From assembly GCF_000734015.1 (NCBI RefSeq), contig NZ_CP008796.1, positions 1,290,001 through 1,322,000 of the forward strand: a stretch of 32,000 bases of DNA, given 5' to 3'. Origin of the DNA: Thermodesulfobacterium commune DSM 2178 (GTDB lineage: Bacteria; Desulfobacterota; Thermodesulfobacteria; Thermodesulfobacteriales; Thermodesulfobacteriaceae). This document shows, piece by piece, positions 12,711 to 19,574 of the stretch; position 1 is the first letter of the stretch; every line of letters starts with the position of its first letter. The notes under the pieces are model-generated. The model had not been told where the DNA came from. It searched no databases and was given only the letters and a program-made list of their open reading frames with translations. Made by a program: the position numbers and the translations under genes.

Positions 12711-12786
12711 GGTTACAACCTTTAACAAAAAGGTTACAACCAAGCTTACAACCAAACCCTACAACCAAACCCTACAACCTATAACC
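12711..12786. repeat. array B: GGTTACAACC-type direct repeats
   Basis: GGTTACAACC (12711-12720, 12732-12741), GCTTACAACC (12744-12753), CCTACAACC (12758-12766, 12771-12779), AACC (12783-12786). The first three units use the same spacers as array A (11 nt tttaWacaaaa, then aa). Partial inverted units GGTTGTAA lie at 12533-12540 and 12670-12677. Confidence 0.9.
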
Positions 12787-12837
12787 AGAGGTTCTTACCT
12801 TTTTTAAAAAGTTTAATCTTTTGGAGGTTTCAAGTTT

Positions 12838-13221
12838 CTATTTAAGAATAGTTTTAGAGCTTACTTTACCATTGTCAAAAGTTATCATTACTCCTTGAGC
12901 AAAGCCTTTATAATAATACCAATTTTCAATTTTCCCAAGTCCAGCCACTTCTGTTTCATCTATACTATCTGGTTCTCCAAGTATATTTTTTACTTGCTCT
13001 TTTTTCATTCCTATTTTAATTTTTTGATAAGCTTTTTCAAAATCTTCAGTTTTTTCTTCTTCTGCTTTTTGGGTATCAGCTTTGGGTGTTTCTACCGTTT
13101 TTTCTTCTTTTGGAGTAACATTGGGAGCTTGCGTTTTTTTCTCTCCACCCCCAAAAAAAATTCCTATAAGAATAAGAAAACCAAAAAAGATTGCAACTCC
13201 AATTAACACTTTCTTAAACAT
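12838..13221 (-). CDS. membrane-anchored small protein with a BamE/SmpA-like or DUF3862-like C-terminal domain
   Basis: 127 aa. MFKKVLIGVAIFFGFLILIGIFF anchor, K/E/T-rich linker, then KIKIGMKKEQVKNILGEPDS...WYYY. SD AGGAGGTG. It lies directly downstream of, and is probably co-transcribed with, the repressor. Confidence 0.7.
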   Translation of the reverse strand: MFKKVLIGVAIFFGFLILIGIFFGGGEKKTQAPNVTPKEEKTVETPKADTQKAEEEKTEDFEKAYQKIKIGMKKEQVKNILGEPDSIDETEVAGLGKIENWYYYKGFAQGVMITFDNGKVSSKTILK

Positions 13222-13295
13222 ATGGCACCTCCTTTTTTAAGGTTTACTATAAAGAACATTTCTACAAGAAAAATAGAAAAAGGCAAGGGGGATTT

Positions 13296-13991
13296 TTATA
13301 AAGAGATTTCTCGTAGAAGTTTTAAGGCTACGGCGATGATGCGGGCTTCTTGAGGGATAATAGGCGGATAATTTGGATTATCAGAGGTTAAAAGGATTAG
13401 ACCATCTTTTTTCATTAGCCTTTTCACTAAAAGTTCTCCTTCTTGGTCGGCAACGATGACAATTTTTCTATTAGGGATGTCAAAACCGTCGCCAATGTAA
13501 ATTTTTGCTATTACTTTATCTCCTTCCTGTAAAGTAGGTTCCATGCTATCGCCGTGGACTTCAACGGCAATAAGGTCAGAGGGGTTAACTCTGGGAATTT
13601 TTTTGGTTTCTATGTAGCCGATGATTTCAATATCACCTTTCATTTGAGGGAAGCCTGCTCCAGCTTTTCCTATGACAGGAACAAGGATGCTGTTTTCTTT
13701 AATTCGGCGTTGTTCAGCTAAGATGATTTCTTCTATGCTTGGCTTTTTTTCAAAGATTTCGCCTTGACCAGTTTTAAGCCATTCGTAGGAGACGCCGAAG
13801 ATTTGGGAAATTAAGCGTAAAATCTTATCGGGAATTGGATATTCATTAGATTCATAATATTGAAGAGTTCTGAGCCCAATCATCAATTTTTCAGCAAAAT
13901 CTTTTTGAGAGAATTTTAAAATATTTTTGCGTAAATGTTTAATTCTTTGAGCTAATTCACTATTTTTATCTAAATTTCCGCAATTTTGCAT
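13296..13991 (-). CDS. prophage repressor, XRE-HTH + S24 (LexA/CI-type) autopeptidase domain
   Basis: N-terminal HTH (LAQRIKHLRKNILKFSQKDFAEKLMIGLRTLQYYE). Candidate Ala-Gly cleavage site (GKAGAGF). Ser/Lys dyad context (HGDSMEPTL ... LVKRL). The start ATG lies inside the operator half-site at 13980-13991. SD GAGGA. Confidence 0.9.
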   Translation of the reverse strand: MQNCGNLDKNSELAQRIKHLRKNILKFSQKDFAEKLMIGLRTLQYYESNEYPIPDKILRLISQIFGVSYEWLKTGQGEIFEKKPSIEEIILAEQRRIKENSILVPVIGKAGAGFPQMKGDIEIIGYIETKKIPRVNPSDLIAVEVHGDSMEPTLQEGDKVIAKIYIGDGFDIPNRKIVIVADQEGELLVKRLMKKDGLILLTSDNPNYPPIIPQEARIIAVALKLLREISL

Positions 13992-14030
13992 TTTTTATCC
14001 TCTTGACATATATGCAAAATTGCGTATACT
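13980..14030 (+). promoter_or_regulatory. early promoter with flanking inverted operator half-sites
   Basis: GCAATTTTGCAT (13980-13991) and ATGCAAAATTGC (14012-14023) are a perfect 12-bp inverted repeat. TTGACA (14003-14008), 16 nt, TATACT (14025-14030). The second half-site fills the spacer. The predicted TSS coincides with ATG 14037. Confidence 0.7.
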
Positions 14031-14036
14031 ATTCCC

Positions 14037-14267
14037 ATGATGGTTAAAAAGAGAAACATCAAAAAGCAAAGATACAAGACGAATGCAAGGTTAATTAAAT
14101 CGCTTCTTGTGCTAAGAGGGGTTAAGCTGGTTGATTTGGCAAAAGAGTTTGGGATTACCAAGCAGTATCTTTGGTATGTCATACACGGAAGACGCAAGGG
14201 GGAAAGGATACGCAAAAAAATAGCCCAATTTTTAGGTATGCCATATGACCAACTTTGGGGGGAGTAA
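14037..14267 (+). CDS. ner: Ner-like (Nlp/HTH_35-type) early regulator
   Basis: ARLIKSLLVLRGVKLVDLAKEFGITKQYLWYVIHGRRKGERIRKKIAQFLGMPYDQLW follows the Mu Ner pattern (I..L...G.SL..L....G......L..V.......GE..IA..L...P..IWP). It occupies the position of ner, divergent from the repressor. Confidence 0.75.
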   Translation: MMVKKRNIKKQRYKTNARLIKSLLVLRGVKLVDLAKEFGITKQYLWYVIHGRRKGERIRKKIAQFLGMPYDQLWGE

Positions 14268-14269
14268 AA

Positions 14270-14521
14270 ATGGAAAAAAGTATCAAAATTTACAGTCATG
14301 GTCCTATTTGCCTTGAGATTTCGGCAAATTTGTTAGCTCTTTTAACAGGGTTATTAAAGCCTCCAGATAATCAGTTTGAAGCTCAACAGTCCAATAAAGC
14401 TTCTTTTGACCATAATTTTCAACTACTTGAGGTATTGCAGATTTTAGCTGAACGGTTCCGAATACTACCACAGCAGGGGATTGAGTTATCAAGTATACGA
14501 ATTCGGATTGAGATAGAGTAA
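14270..14521 (+). CDS. hypothetical early protein (alternative to the antisense ORF 14304-14546)
   Basis: ATG lies 3 nt after the ner-like stop, with GGGGGGAG upstream. It is co-directional with the early operon. Codon-position statistics that I counted do not discriminate it from the antisense frame. Confidence 0.35.
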   Translation: MEKSIKIYSHGPICLEISANLLALLTGLLKPPDNQFEAQQSNKASFDHNFQLLEVLQILAERFRILPQQGIELSSIRIRIEIE

Positions 14522-14546
14522 TGGTAAGGCTAATATTGCGGTTCAT
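14304..14546 (-). CDS. hypothetical 80-aa protein, antisense to the early operon
   Basis: Strong SD GGAGG 6 nt before ATG 14546, and its own promoter (next feature). The protein MNRNISLTITLSQSEFVYLITQ...KKLYWTVELQTDYLEALITLLKEL looks globular. Confidence 0.45.
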   Translation of the reverse strand: MNRNISLTITLSQSEFVYLITQSPAVVVFGTVQLKSAIPQVVENYGQKKLYWTVELQTDYLEALITLLKELTNLPKSQGK

Positions 14547-14575
14547 TTATAGCCTCCGTGTTCTTTTTAGTAAAC

Positions 14576-14604
14576 ATTTTAACTTTGAAGCTAAGGAAAG
14601 GCAA
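14576..14604 (-). promoter_or_regulatory. candidate promoter for the minus-strand ORF 14304-14546
   Basis: Minus strand: TTGCCT (14604-14599), 17 nt, TAAAAT (14581-14576), about 20 nt upstream of the GGAGG. Confidence 0.4.
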
Positions 14605-15038
14605 TGTCAAAGCTTCGGAAAAAATTGACATATAAGGAAGGGGCTCCGTTTATTAGGAAGGGGGACCTGGATGTCACGGAAGGCTTTAGAAAAGCAGTAT
14701 CGGAAGCAATTAAAAAGTCGGGATATAGCAGGGAGCAGGTGGTGGAATTGATTGAGATTATGACCAATCAAAGGATTTCTAAGCACATGTTAGATCAGGC
14801 GACATCATCCAAAAAAGAGTATAGGTTCCCGGCTGAGGTTTTACACGCTTTCTGCGTGATCACTGGGAGCTTGGAGCCCTTTCGGGTTTTGCTTCGTGCG
14901 ATTGGATGTGAGGTTGTAGACCCTTCGGAAGAGAGGGCTTTGAGGCTTGCAAGGCTACTTAAGGAAAAAGAGAGGATAGAAAGGGAAATAGAAAAACTAA
15001 AAAGAGAGATGGAGGTGGAGTATGCAAGTAACGCTTAA
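14604..15038 (+). CDS. early DNA-binding protein (CII-like HTH followed by a coiled coil)
   Basis: SGYSREQVVELIEIMTNQRISKHMLDQATS...YRFPAEVLHAFCVITG, then LKEKERIEREIEKLKREME. This pattern is common in phage early regulators. The family assignment is tentative. Confidence 0.5.
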   Translation: MSKLRKKLTYKEGAPFIRKGDLDVTEGFRKAVSEAIKKSGYSREQVVELIEIMTNQRISKHMLDQATSSKKEYRFPAEVLHAFCVITGSLEPFRVLLRAIGCEVVDPSEERALRLARLLKEKERIEREIEKLKREMEVEYASNA

Positions 15039-15522
15039 TGAAATAGCAGAGAAGCTTGGGTTAGACTACAACACGATTTGGAAAAGGGCTAAAGAAGAAG
15101 GATGGGAACCAATAGGTCGAAAAGGAGTTAATGGGAGTCCTAAACTGTATGATCTGTCTACTTTACCCGAGGATATTCAAGAGGCGTTTTCAGAAGATGC
15201 ACAATTTGAAAGCTCTCTGAATATAAGAATAAGTGAACTGCAGTTTTTCGTTAAGAAGATGGAAGAGATAATACAAAAATTGCTTGAGTTGTCTGGGTTA
15301 AATGTAAAAGGAGTAAAAAGGGTGTTAATAACTAATTCTGGGTATGAAATAGAGTTAACTTCTGAAGCAATGATTAGCTTTGTTAAGAAGTATGGGTTTA
15401 AAGTTAGTAGATATGCGACAGGTGTAAAAAATGAATACTGGGTATGGGTAAGAATAAATCATGATATAGTGCTATTTTCTATGGTTAGAAAAGAAGTATT
15501 TGAGCAGTATTTCAAGGTATAA
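15022..15522 (+). CDS. protein with a Mu repressor / MuA I-alpha-type winged-helix N-terminal domain
   Basis: LNEIAEKLGLDYNTIWKRAKEEGWEPIGRKGVNGSPKLYDLSTLPEDIQEAF parallels MuA (AKKQGWQNRTRAGVKGGKAIEYNANSLPVEAK) and the N-terminus of the transposase at 16702 (GNGGRQYRIALSSLPADAQ). Confidence 0.6.
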   Translation: MQVTLNEIAEKLGLDYNTIWKRAKEEGWEPIGRKGVNGSPKLYDLSTLPEDIQEAFSEDAQFESSLNIRISELQFFVKKMEEIIQKLLELSGLNVKGVKRVLITNSGYEIELTSEAMISFVKKYGFKVSRYATGVKNEYWVWVRINHDIVLFSMVRKEVFEQYFKV

Positions 15523-15533
15523 GGGAGGGAAGA

Positions 15534-15758
15534 ATGATGATAATACAAGAGAAAGGACAAAGGAAACACAAGATATTGTATGTAGTAATTTTGATTTTTT
15601 TGGTAATTAGCATGGTATTGCAGATAAAAGTTTTGAAAGAGATTTCGGAAATTCGTGCTCAGAAAGAAGAAGGCGTCATTTATATTTTAAATCCAGCAAT
15701 TGCAAAGGATACGGGAGTTGTATATATACCGCCATGTGAAGATAGATGTGAGAGGTAA
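15534..15758 (+). CDS. small single-pass membrane protein
   Basis: 74 aa with a central TM segment ILYVVILIFLVISMVLQI. SD GGGAGGGAAG upstream. Confidence 0.5.
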   Translation: MMIIQEKGQRKHKILYVVILIFLVISMVLQIKVLKEISEIRAQKEEGVIYILNPAIAKDTGVVYIPPCEDRCER

Positions 15759-15767
15759 GGTATGATG

Positions 15768-16442
15768 TTAAGAACGGCGTTTTTCTTTAATTCTTGCAGG
15801 AAGTTCAAAGGTATAGATAAGAAAGAGCTTAACAAATTCAACGATCTCTTCTGCTTCTTCAGGAGTGATATCGGTATAGAGAAGGTCGTGAAGGGATTCA
15901 TTACCTTCAATTCGGACATGGTGTGCCCAATCAGCGATAGGCTTGGTAATAATACCTTTTCTAAGAAGGTCATCTATTTTGTCTATCAGTCTATCGCCTT
16001 CTCCTCCAAGATATTTAATAGCAGATTCGAGAACTGCTCGACAACCACCTACGATAAGCGAAGGCTCTTTCTTTTCTCGGAGCATTTCTTGAAGGTCTTC
16101 AAAAACAACTCTTACTTTATCTGGCAAAGATGGATGAGAATAAACAGGCTTAGGTTCTGGATAAACTTTAAGAATTTTAAAGTAAAGAGGGCGAGAAGGT
16201 TGATATTGAAAATTCTGAAGAGCTTCTCTCATCTCAGAATAATGTTTTTCAGGTATTTCAATTTTAATAAGACAGGAATTATTACAATTCGGACATTTAG
16301 CAAGTGTATCAACTTCAACAATATGAATATGATTGCCTTGTATTGTAACTTCTTTAACTCGTTTATAGCTATCAACTGCAGTAACCGTAAAGTTTACTTT
16401 GGCATAGCAAAAGGGACATTCAGTTGGGGGCAAGGTATACAT
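15768..16442 (-). CDS. Zn-ribbon + DUF4145-like helical domain protein (candidate accessory or defence gene)
   Basis: The N-terminus has CPFC...CPNC (four Cys). The C-terminus GGCRAVLESAIKYL...LIDKIDDLLRKGIITKPIADWAHHVRIEGNESLHD...ITPEEAEEIVEFVKLFLIYTF fits my recollection of the DUF4145 pattern (R..LE...L...I..L...G.I......R..GN...H....EA). SD GAGAGG. It is on the opposite strand to all neighbours. Confidence 0.7.
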   Translation of the reverse strand: MYTLPPTECPFCYAKVNFTVTAVDSYKRVKEVTIQGNHIHIVEVDTLAKCPNCNNSCLIKIEIPEKHYSEMREALQNFQYQPSRPLYFKILKVYPEPKPVYSHPSLPDKVRVVFEDLQEMLREKKEPSLIVGGCRAVLESAIKYLGGEGDRLIDKIDDLLRKGIITKPIADWAHHVRIEGNESLHDLLYTDITPEEAEEIVEFVKLFLIYTFELPARIKEKRRS

Positions 16443-16465
16443 AAGATACCTCTCGGAGGTGTGGA

Positions 16466-16702
16466 ATGTTTTTAACAGAAATTATGAATGAAATAGATGA
16501 AATTGTCAAGGAAGTTAATGACCCAGAAGAGGCTGTAAGAAAAATCATGAAAAAAATAGCCTTATTAGAAAGGGAAGATAGGACTTTGGTGATTGAAGCA
16601 ATTGTAAGGAATTACATCATTGCTTTTAAGAGGGCAGAGTTTGCTACTGCAAAATATGAGGCGTTAAAGAGGGAAAAAGAAGCTTTAAAAGGGAAAGAGT
16701 AA
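16466..16702 (+). CDS. hypothetical helical protein
   Basis: 78 aa. SD GGAGGTG. Its stop overlaps the transposase start (TAATG). Confidence 0.55.
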   Translation: MFLTEIMNEIDEIVKEVNDPEEAVRKIMKKIALLEREDRTLVIEAIVRNYIIAFKRAEFATAKYEALKREKEALKGKE

Positions 16703-18645
16703 TGAGAGAGTTTGAGGTTTGGCTTTCAAGGGCTGAAGTCCAGGAACTTTTAGGGATAAGCCAGCAAGCTATATCAAAAGCTATCCAAAAAGGGAAATTC
16801 AAAGTTCAAGAAATATATGGGAATGGGGGAAGACAATACCGAATTGCTCTTTCCAGTTTGCCAGCTGATGCACAAGTAAGATATTTACAGGCTCATCCAG
16901 AGGTGTGGCAGGAGGCTTTAAAGATTAAAGAGCTTTCAGAGGAGGCAAGGGCTTTCTTAATTAAGAAGACACTTCCGCAAAAGGAAGAAAATGAAATATC
17001 CGTAAGGGTTGCAACAATGGATAGAGCTTGGGCAATAAAGGAATACTTGCAAAATCCTTGCTATGAGACGGCAAAAAGAATTGCTGAAGAGCTAAAAGTC
17101 CATGTGTCAACGATTTATAGATGGATAAAAAAGGCTGAAGAAGAGGCTGAAAGAATTCGGATGATGAAATTGGAAAAACAAACAGTGCCTATTAAGTTTC
17201 CACGAACAAGTGTGTCTGAGGATGTGCTGATTGAAAGCTTGAGCATCATTTTAAGCTCTCATGGAAAGAGAATTATCAACGGGTGGCAGTATGTAGTGAA
17301 TAAAGGGTATGATATCTCTTATTCGCAGTATACACGAATTCTCAATAAGATGACGCCACCTTTCAGTAAAATACTTGAGTATCACAGGTCTGGAAGAATT
17401 TCAGCATTACTTACAGAGACTCCCAAAATTATCAGGGCTTGGAGTGAGCTTCCGGTTATGCATACCCTTGTAGGGGACCAACATTATCTTGACTACTACA
17501 TGTATAGTCCGGAGCTTGATGAGGTGGTTAAGGTTCAGCTTTACATCTGGGCTGATTGTTCAAGTAGGTATTTTGTTTCTTGTGTGCCTTCAATTGGGGA
17601 GCAGTATACGCAATGGCATGTGCAGGTAAGTTTGGCTGAAGCTTTTAGAATACATGTTCCTTCTGAGATATACACCGACTGGGGTAAGCAAGAGAATTCA
17701 AAAATGACAGCTGAATTTATTGACAGGCTTGCTTCTGGGAAGATCTATCTTGGGGATTGGGATGATTTCTTAGAAAAGTATCCAGAGGCAAAGATAGCAA
17801 GAAAAAGGTCTACCCCGGGAGTTCCACCTGTTAAGCCAATTGAAAATATGATCAGGAGGTTTACTGAGTTTCTTAATCAAGAGGGGCTTACAGGTTATGC
17901 AAAGAGGGATTTGAAAGATCCGTTCAGAAACAAGCAAATTCAGGAATTATTGAAAGCACAAATTAAAAAGAAGGATCTACCAACGGTTGAAGAAGGCTTG
18001 AAGGTTATCGCAAATGTTATTGAGAAGTGCAATATAACGGAGATAAAAACAAAAGAAGGCAAGAGATTTATTCCAGCTGAGTTTTTATGGAAAGGACTTG
18101 AAGGAAGAAGGGTTGTTATTGGGGATGATGAGATTGCAATGATATTTTTCCCAGCTTTTGTGAGAAAGGTAAGAAATGCTTCGGTTCAAGTAAAACTTGG
18201 GACAAAAACGGTTGTCTTTACTGCAAAAGAATTGACTTGGCTTCGTGATGGGGAAGAGGTCATGATTAAAGTTAATCCTTTCCCTCCGCATGAAGGGTCA
18301 ATGTTTTTTAGATGGAATGGAAGTGATTGGGAATTTTTAGCTCCCGCTACAGTGTGGATTGGTCATAGGGTGCATCCTCAGGATCAGGAAAAGCTTGCTA
18401 AGGCTATGGAAGTGAAAAATCACTATCTTAAACAGTTCGTTTTAGCGATAAGAGAAATTCATGAGAGAGCAAAGAATACTTTTGGGGTGGTTGAAGATAA
18501 GCCTATAAGAAAATTGACATCCGCTATTAAACATAAGCAAGAAGGTATGGGAGATTTGATTTTCTTAGATATCAAAAAATTTAAAAACATAAGGGATAAG
18601 AATTGGGAAGCACTCGAGAAGCTTGCAGAATTTTATAATTATTAA
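16702..18645 (+). CDS. MuA-like DDE transposase
   Basis: 647 aa. N-terminal Mu-type wHTH (ISQQAISKAIQKGKF...YRIALSSLPADAQ). Second HTH (AKRIAEELKVHVSTIYRWIKK). rve-like core (LVGDQHYLDYY, IYTDWGKQENS). Long beta-rich C-terminus. A MuB-like ATPase gene follows immediately. Confidence 0.85.
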   Translation: MREFEVWLSRAEVQELLGISQQAISKAIQKGKFKVQEIYGNGGRQYRIALSSLPADAQVRYLQAHPEVWQEALKIKELSEEARAFLIKKTLPQKEENEISVRVATMDRAWAIKEYLQNPCYETAKRIAEELKVHVSTIYRWIKKAEEEAERIRMMKLEKQTVPIKFPRTSVSEDVLIESLSIILSSHGKRIINGWQYVVNKGYDISYSQYTRILNKMTPPFSKILEYHRSGRISALLTETPKIIRAWSELPVMHTLVGDQHYLDYYMYSPELDEVVKVQLYIWADCSSRYFVSCVPSIGEQYTQWHVQVSLAEAFRIHVPSEIYTDWGKQENSKMTAEFIDRLASGKIYLGDWDDFLEKYPEAKIARKRSTPGVPPVKPIENMIRRFTEFLNQEGLTGYAKRDLKDPFRNKQIQELLKAQIKKKDLPTVEEGLKVIANVIEKCNITEIKTKEGKRFIPAEFLWKGLEGRRVVIGDDEIAMIFFPAFVRKVRNASVQVKLGTKTVVFTAKELTWLRDGEEVMIKVNPFPPHEGSMFFRWNGSDWEFLAPATVWIGHRVHPQDQEKLAKAMEVKNHYLKQFVLAIREIHERAKNTFGVVEDKPIRKLTSAIKHKQEGMGDLIFLDIKKFKNIRDKNWEALEKLAEFYNY

Positions 18646-18663
18646 AACAAGGGGGTGATAAAA

Positions 18664-19548
18664 ATGGAAGCACAAGCACGAATAATAGATTTCGAATTTG
18701 CAGATTTACTTAAACTCTCGGGGTTAACTTTTAAACAACTTGCTAGTATTTTGCGTGAAAAAGGAATCAATGTATCACCAGCAATGCTTTGCATGATTAA
18801 AAATGGTCAAAAAAATTCTCATCCTCTTAAAGAACAAATTAAAGAAATTTTAAAAGAATACATCGAACAGTCTAAAGAAGAAAAAGAAACTATAAAATTT
18901 TTAACCGAAGCACAAAGAAGAATGCTATCAGTTTTAGAAGCAACTTATGAAGATAGGGAATTTGCTTTGATTGTTGGTCCAAGTGGAATTGGGAAAACTT
19001 ATATAGTTGAAAAGTTTGCAGAAGAACATGAGGGAGTTGTGATTTATAAAGTAGCAAAAGCTATGTCACTTGGAGATTTACTTAGAGAGCTTTGCAAAGT
19101 GCTTAAACTACCTGAATGGGGCACAAATTATCAGAAATTTAGCAGGATCAAAGAGAGCCTAAAAGGAAAAAAAATGCTTATTGTTGATGAAGCTGATTTG
19201 CTTGCTGATGAATCGCCAAATAGGTTTTTGCGGAAGATAGAAATTTTTCGTGAGCTTGCGAATGTGTGTGCGGTTGTGCTTGTTGGACTTCCTGAACTTG
19301 ATGAAGCAATTTATGCAAATGTAAAAAGCTATATTTACTCAAGAATGGGATATTATGCTTATTTAAAAGAGCCAGAACCTCAAGAACTTATCAAATATTG
19401 TGAATTAAAAGGAATAAAAAATATAAGACAGGTTGCAGGTGCTTCAATTGGAAGGGGCTATTTTCGTTACATAGATAAGGTGGCAAAAAGAGCAAAGAAA
19501 ATAGGAGAAGAACTGGCTTTGTCAATTATGTATGCAGGAAAAAGATAA
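18664..19548 (+). CDS. MuB-like AAA+ transposition ATPase
   Basis: N-terminal HTH (LSGLTFKQLASILREKGINVSPAMLCMIKNG). Walker A GPSGIGKT. Walker B MLIVDEADLL. ATG 18664 with AAGGGGG 9 nt upstream is preferred over the GTG at 18655 used by the track. Confidence 0.85.
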   Translation: MEAQARIIDFEFADLLKLSGLTFKQLASILREKGINVSPAMLCMIKNGQKNSHPLKEQIKEILKEYIEQSKEEKETIKFLTEAQRRMLSVLEATYEDREFALIVGPSGIGKTYIVEKFAEEHEGVVIYKVAKAMSLGDLLRELCKVLKLPEWGTNYQKFSRIKESLKGKKMLIVDEADLLADESPNRFLRKIEIFRELANVCAVVLVGLPELDEAIYANVKSYIYSRMGYYAYLKEPEPQELIKYCELKGIKNIRQVAGASIGRGYFRYIDKVAKRAKKIGEELALSIMYAGKR

Positions 19549-19574
19549 AAATTAAAAAAGGAGGTGATGAAAAG

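Noticed and set aside
12504-12755. Minus-strand 83-aa ORF
   Set aside because: It starts inside repeat array B and runs across the three ATTGCAT sites. The protein is repeat-derived and has no SD. It is in frame with the repressor stub only by way of a TAA stop and shows no similarity to the repressor.
11578-12786. Arrays A and B as CRISPR arrays
   Set aside because: The units are only 9-10 bp with 2-11 bp spacers. There are no 25-40 bp repeat/spacer periodicity, no leader and no cas genes.
12895-13206. Plus-strand 103-aa ORF (and similar antisense ORFs 1940-2176, 3482-3670, 20106-20309, 21585-21869, 29403-29708)
   Set aside because: All are antisense to well-supported genes. They are Phe/Ser/Ile/Lys-rich low-complexity translations of AT-rich DNA and lack SDs.
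15762-16475. Plus-strand 237-aa ORF (and minus ORF 15680-15973)
   Set aside because: The plus ORF is the antisense shadow of the Zn-ribbon/DUF4145-like gene. Its product is Phe/Asn/Ser/Ile-rich low-complexity sequence with no SD. 15680-15973 is an out-of-frame overlap with no support.
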